This document shows positions 13,860 through 24,261 of a DNA stretch of 64,000 bases, one piece after another. The notes under the pieces are model-generated. The model saw only the letters and a program-made list of their open reading frames with translations. It ran no database searches and had not been told where the DNA came from. The position numbers and the translations under genes are program-made. Origin of the DNA: Klebsormidium nitens (lineage: Eukaryota; Plantae; Klebsormidiophyceae); the NCBI GenBank assembly GCA_000708835.1, contig DF237176.1, forward strand, positions 1 through 64,000, in the 5' to 3' direction. The first letter of the stretch is position 1. Each line of letters starts with the position of its first letter.

Positions 13860-14863
13860 GGCCCCTGGGGCCCCGGCCTGGGGCCCGGATAGGCGGGTGT
13901 GGCCTGATATGGCCGGGCGCTCTGGCTGAGGACCGGGGTGCCTCGGGGTATCAAGACGACTCACGAGTCTCCGCCCTGGCCCGGGCGCCCCGGCCCGGTG
14001 CTCGGCGGGAGCAATTGAAATTTGTTAGTTGGCCAACTTGGCCCTACTATAGGGTAGGCATCATGCAGGCAGCAGGATTTCCAGACTTGGGTTGTTTGGT
14101 GCCCGGGGCCCCGATCGGAGTGGATCGGCGTCAGAAGCAGCCTAACTCCCGAGGAGTCGAGGACCGTCGACGGTACCGAGAGGCCCTTGTCAACTACCTA
14201 GTATGGCAAGTACCGGTACTGCAAATTTGTGTGGCGTGCGCCTGTCACGGGCCCCGGGGAAAGTTGGAACCTCCCGGGCCTCTAGGGGTCGTAAATATGG
14301 CGCGGCGTGGATTATGGTTCATCCAAACGCCTCACTGAGGATAGTAAATGCAAGCAAGGAAGCGGTAGATCGATCCGGAGCTCGGGCGCTGCCAGCCCCC
14401 TCCACTCTGGTCGAGCATTCCAGTCTTCCAGACCGGTTCTGGGTTGCACCGAGCAGTACCTACCAAGCATGTTATAGTCCTCTGGCGACACCTATTATCA
14501 GCTAACAACTCAACGAGGGAAGTTTGATCCTGCCACATGCATCATTGAGTCAGCAAGCTTCAACGGTGTACGTGGTCTAGAGAACTTGAAAAGATGTATA
14601 ATTAAAGGAACAGCAGCTTCCTGGATTTTCACGCTGTCTAGAGTTTCACCAGCTAGTCATGTCCGATCAGCGCCCAGCTTGATTCTCTTCTTCTCTTGCA
14701 TTCTCTTGCATAATTGATCACTCAACCTCGCACTCACCTTTTCCTCCTGACCGGGTTGATCGAGTCCTTCATAGCTCCCCATGTTTTGGGAGTGACTCTC
14801 ATAACATCCAAGACGTACCAGGGAACTCGATCGGGGCTGCCGCTGTAGTATTGCTGCAGCGAA

Positions 14864-17800
14864 ATGGCGCCCTCGAGACTGCAGAGCACATCAGCTGGCA
14901 AGTATGCCGTCACGGGTATCAACGCCGTTTTTGGCGTGTGCCTCTTCTTCAGCCTCATGCGCAGCTGCGCGGGCGAATCAGCGGGCCTTCCTAAAGTGGT
15001 GAATATCCAATGCGCTGCAAGCGAATGTGCCGCAGGTGTATGCTCGTTTGAGGGTGCTTGCTGCGATTCTGGTGAAAATCCAACTCTGTGCGGGGGGGAG
15101 TGCTGCTATCTTGGCAATTCTGCCAATCAGCATTATGGTTATGGCAAAAAGTGCTTTGGGGATGCTGAGGCAGGATTGTGCTGCGATGTCAATTCCAATT
15201 CAGTGGATTACCCAACTGTCATCTGCGGAGGACAATGTTGTAGCTCTGGCAAGTGTTTTGGCGATGCATCTGTAGGCGTCTGCTGCTTTGATGGTGCCAC
15301 GGAGATTTGTGGAAATGGGAATTGCTGTGGTTTTCCCTATTTTGAAGTGACTGCCAGCTGTGTTGACGACGCCGCCCAGCCAAATAAGCCCTCAGTATGT
15401 TGTCTACCGGGCGGGACCATGTGTGGCAGCGGGTGCTGTAACACTTCTGATGGAGACGGTTGCGAATCAGACGGAATGCAGCCAAATGATCCCCCAATCT
15501 GCTGTTCGCAATACCAGACCAACTGTGGGGGCCAGTGCTGTGACAGGACGTACTCTTGTGTCATTGACACTGCCCATCCAAATCAAACCCCGGTTTGCTG
15601 TCCTCAAGCTGGCGCGAGCATATGTGGCGGCGAGTGTTGTGACACAGCCAATGGGTTCTCCTGTGTAAGCACACCTGGGGACGCCTCAGCTGCTTCTGGT
15701 GTATGTTGTTATGGAGAGCTGGGCGATTCCACACCTCCGATTCTTTGTGGGGGTCGATGCTGCTCCCCTGCATATGGTCAAGTGTGTTTTGGTGATGCTA
15801 TCACAGGAACCTGCTGTCCGCAAGATTCTTATCTTACAATCGAAGGCGAGTGCTGCCCAATTGGGACGGTTCTGTGTGGAGGTCGTTGCTGCGATGAGAG
15901 CACTGACTCACAATTCCAATGCCTTGGCAATGCAACCTTTGGGAGCTGCTGCTATAAGTCTCCCGCAGAAGAGTCATCTCAAATCCTATGCGGGGGGCAA
16001 TGTTGCCACACTGGTCCATATGAAGGTGGATATGCAGCCGACCTCTGCATTGGAGATGCACTTGAGGGGGTATGCTGCCGAAGCGCAGCCGGGAGAACTG
16101 ATATAGTCAATTGTGGGGGTACCTGCTGCGGAAAAGATGCTTGCGCTGGCAATGCAACAGTGGGACTCTGCTGCTACTGGGACCCATCCAGCGTATGTGG
16201 GGCAGACTGCTGTGACACCGTGAATGGCTACAATTGCGTGCAAGGTTCATCCAGCGTTGAACTGTGCTGTTACGGGAGCCAGAGCACCGTGTGCAGTGGC
16301 AGGTGCTGTGATGCTGCTCTTGGCTTCAACTGCTTGACGGACGGGTCTGCAGAGCTTTGCTGTTATGGGGACACTGCGACCATCTGTGGAGGCCTGTGCT
16401 GCACCGGAATCTGTATGGGAGATGCTGAGAAAGGAAAGTGCTGCTACGGGGCCTCTGACATCAACCAGCACTGTTTGAGTAAGTGCTTCTTTCTGCCTTT
16501 CAGTTGCTGCTTTGAGTCAATGTATCCGGCATGTCCACTTTAAGCTGAACTTGACTAGACACTTTTGTCTCCTTCAATAAGATTCAATCTAGTGAGATTC
16601 ATGATCAGCTCTTGCCTGCTTAGAACATGCTTCTTTCGCTGAATAATAGAGTCACCTTTTCATGACTTTCTTTGAGAAACAATGATACAATCTCATTCGT
16701 CATGAGCCAAAAGTCTGTGGAAAGAGGAGGGGATGCTCGAGCCCCCTCGCTGTGGGAGCTGATGCATGCCGTATCCTTGGCAAACACAAGGGTTGCACAT
16801 GTTCGTTCAGCTCTTGCCCTTTTCAAATTAATGACAAGACTTGAGAAGAAATCCTGTCTGCTTTGCTTTAAGGAGCTCAGGTTTTGGATCGATTACTATA
16901 CATAGATGCAATCAAAGTGCTAGTCCTGTTTGTCGGGCACAATGAAGCCCATGCTGAAGCTTTGAGGATAATGATACACCTTGGCGCACTCTTGCAAAGC
17001 AGGAGAACTCCTTTTCAAAGACCTTTTCAAAGACACAAACAGACATGGCTCGCGTGTGGGGACTGCTTGGGAAGTTGAGCTGACGTCGTTTCTGACAACC
17101 TCTGCAGGTGCTTCTGGACGTGAAGACCCACACTTTCAGCTCAAGGGATTCCCGGATGGCAAAGTCCTGGAGTGGGACTTCCACGGTAGACATGATCTGT
17201 GCTACTGCATGCTCTCCGATACAAAACTTGCGGTGAGCAGCTATCATAATTAGTCAGAAGGTTTCCAGTTCAGCTTGTTCAAGCTTTTTGGCCGAGCAAG
17301 TGTCTAGCCGTACACAACGTCAGCAAGCCGTCGGCAGGTCTGTCCAATACTGTAACTCTGTCTGGTATTCACCGACAGCGAAGATTAACGCATCAGTGAC
17401 CCTAATAAATCAAAGAAGGCACTAGCTAGGCTACTGCCAATGGAACGTGGAGGAAAGCGTCGTCAACTGGAAGAAGATGAAGTGCGCTTTAGTATGTAAG
17501 TTCCTGCCCTTTCCTCGAGGGCTTTGTATATCATTGGAGTGCATCCCTTAAGTTCTACGCTTCTTATACTTGAAGCAAGCCTGGAGCCCGCCTGGAGGGC
17601 TCTTGTCTGACGTCATCAATCTCGATGCTTGTCGAAGTCTTCTGTTGCTCTAGATGGTCGCTTCGAAAATTCCTCTGAAGCTTTTGTAGCGACGAGTGTT
17701 CAACTATTTAACATCACATCAGTCAGGACTGCGGAAAATGGATCGAACCTTGTAGGTGAATGCCTTTTTGAAGCTGGCAGAAACGCACGTTAGCGACGAT

Positions 17801-20211
17801 CGATCTTGCGCTGAACATCGACTTTTTCTCCGCAGCTAACGGTCCACATGTTTTCCCTGGCACCGGACGCCCGCATCCTGGAGCGTCCGGAAGACGACGG
17901 GCTCAACTTCTTCGAGGGCACGTGGATGGACAGACTAGGGATTATGTACATCGACGAAAGGGGAGAGGAAAAGAGCATTGCTGTCGTTCTCAACTCCGAT
18001 CTGGACCGCGCTGGAAAGCCGCCCTTTGACGTCACCTTCCAGGGGGATGACATCACTGCTGCTGTCAGCGTAAGTGAAGTGGCGACATAAGCGGCCAAAG
18101 TGGCAGTATCAAGGCTAGAAAAAGGAACCTTAGCCGGTCTTGCGTTCAGATATCCGGCCATCCCACTGGCATGACTTCGTGCATATGCGATTCTGAAACT
18201 GGGAACTGACGTCGGTTCAATCAACTTTAAACGTTTGGAATGCCTTTGCCTGTGATGGCAGCTCAACTTGTCGGTTGCTCTTGAAGCTTTTCGGGGAGCC
18301 CGGTGAGTTTCTTTTCTATCACACGCGTTTTGCTCAGGGTTTCCTTTTGCTTTTTACGTTCCATTCCGTACATCCATTATTCTGGTTCCGTTCGGATTTG
18401 TCTCAACTAGACCTGACTTCCTTCAGCAACTGGCAGAACGACGTCAGCAAAATAAGAGATTATTCAATTCAAAGAGCAAAAGTCACTCCAAAACTTGAGC
18501 CTCAAAACGGCCTTCTGAATCTGCAAACCTCTGATTTTGCAGGCCCTCGGATCTGATTGGACAAGCCCCGACGGCACGTCCCGGATCCGCTGTTCCGCCG
18601 ACCGCGTCAACGCCCTTTCCGTTTCCGTTGCCGGACTCCTGGAGATGGAGATCGTGAGCGACGTGGAGAAGGAACTGATCGCGAATCCGCCCGTCCACTT
18701 CCTCAACTTTGAAATCAAGGCCATCGCCAACACGGCAAATGTGCACGGGGTAAGGGACTAAATGACCGCTTCAGTTCCTCATTTTGATGACGACGTCTCT
18801 GCACGCATGATGACGCGGATCCCACTTTTGGTTGTTTGAGCTGAATCAACTGGTTACTACCTGAGTATGTCCTTCCTTCTTGCTTGACGCTCATGCCGTT
18901 AGTCACTTCCCTTGAGTAGCTTGACCGACAGCTGACGATGAAGCAGCGCCGTCAGGTCTCGAACGACGCAATATGTTGAGTTGCTTTACTTTACTCTTGA
19001 ATTTGCTGCGCTCTCAAGATAGCGGTTCGTGTGCACTTCGACGGCCCCGCCTTAGCTGAATCTTCCCAAAGAAACTCGGTGGCCTTCGGCCCACGTCTTT
19101 GATTGCAGCCAACATGACAGTCAGCCTATTTGCGATCATCTTGACGTGATCGCCGCGGCTGAGCCGACGACCCGAGTCTGCTAGAAATTCTGATGGCCAC
19201 AGATGCTAATCACTTTACTTTTAGCAAAATCGATCTCCCGTGGCAAAGGGTGAATCTCTGCCGGCAGGATCCCCTTGTAACCCCTCTAAACTCGGATGTT
19301 TCTCTCCCTCTCCTAGTTCCTGCCTAGGCTGGGCCAGATGTACGCCTTATGACCCCGGAGAGAAATCTCTCTCTTTGTAGTTTCTTGATGGCGACGACAA
19401 AGTCTTTTCTCCCTTTCCTCGTTCCTGGGCCAGATGTACGCCCCCGGAGACAAACTTCTCGAGTCTCGTAATCCCTTGTTCACTAAAATAACTTCTTTTC
19501 CTCCCCTAGTTCCTGGGCCAAATGTACGCCCCTGGAGCGCTCGAGGAGCGGCTGGCGATGGGCACCCTGGAGGGGCTCCGCCACCGCGAGTACGTTGAGG
19601 GCACCGATGACGACTACCTCACCTCGGGCCTGACGTCAGCGGACTGCGGCTTCAGCCGCTTCGGCCAGGTGCGGACACATGTCGCCATGCGCTCCCCTAT
19701 ATCTCGGACGGAGCTCTACAGAAATATTGCACACGCGGGCTCGCCTTGCTTGTCCCGGCTTCATGAGCGAACCCCTTTTGCTTGACGCTGCCTCATTCTT
19801 GCACGACCGTACTCCCGTTAATATAACGTGGGACGTTTTTCCCCGTGCCCGAGAACCGGGGGTCAAAACCGCGGCACCCATCGTACGTGAGGAATGTGCC
19901 TCCCCAAAAGAGCATGCAGTAGGACTTTGCTTCTCGCAGCTCCCCCTCTCCCCAACCAGAGCGTTCTCCATACCGTCCTCGACTCCGTTTAGTATAATGT
20001 TAGTCGTGTCTCATTCGCGCTCAAAAGAGAAGTCTTCTCTCGACTAAACAGCACTTTTCTTTTCATCTTTCAGGTGCCGGAAAACCTGGTGGTCGATACA
20101 GTTGGATCCCCCCGCCGTCTCTTCTCGATGGGCGACCACGACATTCCCGCCACAAAGTCGACGCTTTGCCGCCTCGTTGGAAAGGGTAGAAACTCGTTCG
20201 TGTGTATGTAG
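14864..20211 (+). CDS. Secreted Cys-rich repeat / DPHF-root-cap (PF06830-like, LEA-related/root cap family) protein, copy B, 825 aa
   Basis: Exons 14864-16478, 17108-17232, 17836-18069, 18543-18749, 19510-19668, 20074-20211 sum to 2478 nt; GT-AG introns, open frame. N-terminal hydrophobic signal-like segment (AVFGVCLFFSLMRSCAG). 88 Cys in the 538 aa of exon 1, arranged as 13 CC-C-CC-C modules. Then EDPHF...DFHG...CYCMLSD...TWMDRLGI...VHGFLGQMY...EGTDDDYLTSGLTSADCGFSRF and a two-Cys tail, matching plant root-cap family motifs (GDPRF / HGVLGQ / TSGLF..DC..SRF) as recalled. Confidence 0.88.
19290..19460 (+). repeat. Two decayed tandem copies of the intron-4 acceptor plus the start of exon 5 of copy B
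   Basis: cctAG|ttcctgcctaggctgggccagatgtacgcc (starts 19317) and cctcg|ttcctgggccagatgtacgcccccggag (starts 19422, AG lost), versus the functional cctAG|ttcctgggccaaatgtacgcccctggag (19510). Confidence 0.9.
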
Positions 20212-21430
20212 ATTTCGGCGGAATTTCCAGGCAGAAGGGACCAGCTTTCTGTAGATTTACTTGTATTCCGTGGTTTTTGTTTATTCTGTTCTAATTGCGT
20301 CCTGCAAAGGTAGCCAGGCCTTTAATGCCAGTGAAACGGAGGCTTTCTAGCAACTAATTAAATCGACGACTAGCCCGGACAGATCAGATTTCAGTCACGA
20401 TTCTTGCTTGGATTTGAACGGGCCAGCAGATTTAGCCGGTCTTTGTACCGAACAGGCTTCCGCTTCATGGATTAATTCGGGGTCACTAGGTTCAAAGACA
20501 ACTAGCTGGACAGTCGTCTTTATTTTGAGCGGGTATGCGTTATGCTGCCAGCTCCACTAGAAAGTAGCAAGTCTACTGCGATCTTCTACTTCATTCATAC
20601 TGTCCTTTCATTGTCGCGTCCAGATCCCCTCAAATAATGATCATTAGAACGTCGTGCCTGCTTTTCCGGTACTATTCGGGCACGTTGGGGAGCCTGAATG
20701 TTTGACGAATCCACTAAGGCGGCCGTCGTGATTGTGCTCCATTTCTTGCTCGCATTATGAGCGTCATGTGGCTGATCGTGTTCTGAAAAATCCTCGCAAG
20801 ATCCTTGCACGCTCATACGTGTAACGTGCGATCAAATCGGATAACATTACGCGCGCCGCAAAAATATAACCGGGGCCCGGTTACATTTTGATTAAGAAGC
20901 TCTGCAAGCTTGTATATGGTAACCTCAGATGGGCCTGCGAGTACGGATCAATTCAAAGTTCCTCGGACTCTATTTCGATCTACGATATCTATTCCACTGT
21001 ACGGATCGATCCTCGAATTAGGTTTGAACGTAGGACTCTGTTCCGGTCTACAGAGATAAAGAGCGGATCGTTTTATAAGTAGCCTAGTGATCTACTTGAC
21101 GTGGCACGTCAGCATTTCAGATCACTTTCTGTCAATACTGCAAGTCGAATCTGGTCAGGTACGTGGCCTGGTTTGACAGGTTGAGCACATACCGAGGCTG
21201 CATATGAAGTCTTTGCTCTATAGCAAGCTGTTTGGTCTTATGTATAGCGGCGGCCATTTTCGAAGTTCTAGCTCTGTCTGGTCGGACTGAGTTCAAAGCT
21301 AGCGGCCTGGCACCTGGCTGGCGCAGCTTTAGCTATGACGATTCCGTCTCAGCACCATACTAATAAAGTTATAAATACATAAGCGGCCCGGCCTGTCGGA
21401 GGCCCGTTGCGCGAGACACGAGCTCGTTGG
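20212..21430 (+). repeat. 3' flank of copy B, homologous to 4495-~5660
   Basis: Same collinear blocks as in the copy A flank. Confidence 0.75.
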
Positions 21431-21490
21431 CTCGAAGTAATTAAAGCTTCATGCCTATTCGAGCCCGTGTGCGTGCAATTAGACAACTTG

Positions 21491-22970
21491 AAACCCCTCG
21501 ACGGAACCTTTCAAATCCGCTGTTCCGCTGATCGCGTCAACGCCCCGTCCGTTTCCATTGCCGGACTCCTGGAGGTGGAGGTCGTGAGCGACGTGGAAAA
21601 GGCCGGAGCTGATCGCGGATCCGCCCGTCCATTTCCTCAACTTCGAGATTAAGGCCATCGCTACCACAGCGAACTTGCACGGGGTATTTAATTAGGTTTA
21701 AGTTAGGGACTCTGCTCAGGAACCAACAAAGGAAGTTTTCGCAGCTAACCAGGCTGGAATCCATACTTAAGTCTCAGCTTGCTTATTGGACAAATAGCCG
21801 GTAATTAAACTTGGCTCCAAGGCTGGTTACCGGCCAAGCCTGCCTAGTGGGAGGATGAATATACACTTTTCAAACAGCCCATAGCATCCAAGGTAAACGG
21901 CGCCGAGGATTTCTATGCAAAGGGGCCATCCCTACTCGAAAGCTCAGAACCCTTCCAAACCCTCCCGGTTTTGGCTTGGCGACCGATTCGTGCGCGATCC
22001 GAAGCTGCTGCCGGAGATCCTTGCGGGCAAAACCGTCTCTGCATAACTCCATGATGCTACTCGTCACGTGGATACAACTCGTGCGTGTTCGAACCGCAAA
22101 CCGGTTGCGACGTTATACCCGTAATCTGCTCCGCTCGTTTTCTTGCCGCGATCGACCTCCCTCCCACTTCTTCGGCGGAGCGTGAGAAGTGGTGAAGCAT
22201 TTCCTTCAGGATTTTGTCGTGTTCTAGCCTACAGCAGATGGGGCACCCCGCGGCCAGCCGTGGCGCCTGTTCATTTCTAAGAAATCCAAGCCTAAAACCT
22301 TCATGAATGTGGGACGTAGCTGAGCTTAGACCGTTTGATAAGCAGCGGACCAGATCTGGCAGTCTAAAGAAAGATTAGCCTCAGGTTGATTGCAATCAAT
22401 TTGGCGGGCCAGACTCTAATCTTTGAGTTGATCCAAACTGCCACGGTTCTCGCTGCTCAAACTGGTCAATCAACCGTTTGTATGTTAGATCAAACCACGA
22501 AAGGCCGAGGGAAAACCACCGACGAGGCGGTTGACAGTGGACTCACCCAAAAACCCGCTCTACACTCCAATGCTTTTGAGTTCCTGTTCAATCAAACAAA
22601 TTCCTTACCGAACAGGTTCCGTTCTCTTCTAGTTCCTGGGCCAGATGTACGCCCCCGGAGCGATTGAGAGCGGCTGGCGATGGGCACATGGAGGGTCTCC
22701 GCCACCGCGAGTACGTACGGCGAAGGCACCGATGACTACTACCTTACCCCGGCCTGACGCCCTCCTGACGTCAGCGGATTGCGGCTTCAACCCCTTCCGA
22801 GGCCAGGTGCGGCCGAACGACTGTCACCAAACACCGAGCTTTACTGTCATCAGATTTTGGTTTCATAAAGCACAAAGATGCGAACGGATCAGGGGCCTTA
22901 CTTGTCCGGGCTTTATGAGAAAACCCTTTCGTTTGACGCGCTGCCTCATTCTAGCACGGCCGTGAAAGGA
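21491..22970 (+). pseudogene. Fragment of a third root-cap-domain gene copy (C): decayed exon 4 (~21491-21683), exon 5 (22633-22806) and part of intron 5
   Basis: Exon 4 remnant IRCSADRVNAPSVSIAGLLEVEVVSDVEK has a 4-nt insertion (gccg) before ELIADPPVHFLNFEIK. Exon 5 remnant FLGQMYAPGAIE... has several indels. ~22890-22960 matches copy B intron 5 (~19740-19810). Exons 1-3 and 6 not found. Confidence 0.85.
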
Positions 22971-23099
22971 AAAGTGAACGGCTTGCATGTCAAGACCGTA
23001 AACGCATTGAACGTTGAACGGCCCGGTCCTTTTTTGATTCGGACTCGTTCAATGTCCGGTATCATCCGACCGTCTTTACGCATGTCAAATTACGAATCT

Positions 23100-24100
23100 A
23101 AGTTTTTGATATAGCTCCACGCTCTACGCGAGCACCGTGCTAGCAATCCTTAGCTTGACAGAGCACGATCCCAGCACGATCAACAAGCTTAAATACCAGT
23201 CGATCGATCTGGGCAATTTACCGCATGCTATATATACGTTATACGGTTCACATATAATCGCGATCCTCTGCATTCAATTCATGCAATTAAAGCTACAGCC
23301 TGCAAACCCGTGGCTGTTCAATCGATCCGATGATCTAAAATGTCCGGAAGGTCGATCAGCAGACTCAGCCCGGCCTATACGGTTGCATGAGTGCCTCAAA
23401 AAATGGCATAGCCGCGGCCCGGCCCGGCCATGCAGGCTTCACTGAGGTTCATGCATGAAATTCCACCTTCTAGCAATGACTAGCTATAGCTATCTAAGTC
23501 TGTAACTCTCGATCAAGGCCGGCGCGGCTGGCATGCAAGTCGTGTTGGTATGACTAGGTGCCGGTGCAGTGATATTGGTCACACTTCCAGGGCGGCTCCG
23601 GGCCCTTTTGAGTGTCCGTATACTATTGTAATGGTGTTTTGAGGGGCTACTTGCCATGCGGCCGGGGGCCCGCTCATCGCGGAAGCCATAATGATGCAAT
23701 AACTGACCATGCGGTTCAAAAGAATTGCAGAACGCCGCCCGACCTGCATGTAGCTTCCACGTGACCAGATAAGTGCCTATAGCCTAGTGGCTGCACGTAC
23801 TGACTACACGGTGTGCGTGGCTTGTTAACAAAATATCTGGAAGCTACACCAATCTCGTCCGACTGCAGTACGGTCGACAAGCCTGCAATTGGTGTCAGCT
23901 TCTGAGCTATTTGTCGGGCACGGCTGCTGACGCATGATGCACCAGGCCATGCCACACGTGCCCGGCCTCGGATGGTCGCCCGGCCAGGCGTGGCCGGGCC
24001 ATACGCCAGGGCCAAAGTTGAAACACAAGACTTCGCAACCGTCGAGCCTAGCGGTGCACATGCATAATAGTATGTGTAAACAAGAGAAACCATTTCGTTT
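23100..24100. repeat. Palindrome-dense intergenic island between convergent units
   Basis: Dense short palindromes (tcgatcga, atcgcgat, catgcatg, the 12-bp tagctatagcta at 23481-23492, gggccc, gtgcac); no credible ORF. Boundaries approximate. Confidence 0.55.
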
Positions 24101-24261
24101 TGCCTGCTCGACCTCGAGTCACAAATCCCTCAGCTTGATCTAGAATGCTGCCAAGCATTCCGCCCCTTGTTTTAGACAAAACCTAACTTGCAGAATTTTT
24201 CGATTGAATCGGCCAAACACAACACGAGGACAAAATTGAGGCCGCAACGTGGCTTACGTTC

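Noticed and set aside
14864-16478. Lower GC3 of the Cys exon as evidence of horizontal transfer
   Set aside because: First exons of the BEACH and CGLD27 genes show the same lower GC3 relative to internal exons, so it appears to be a positional trend.
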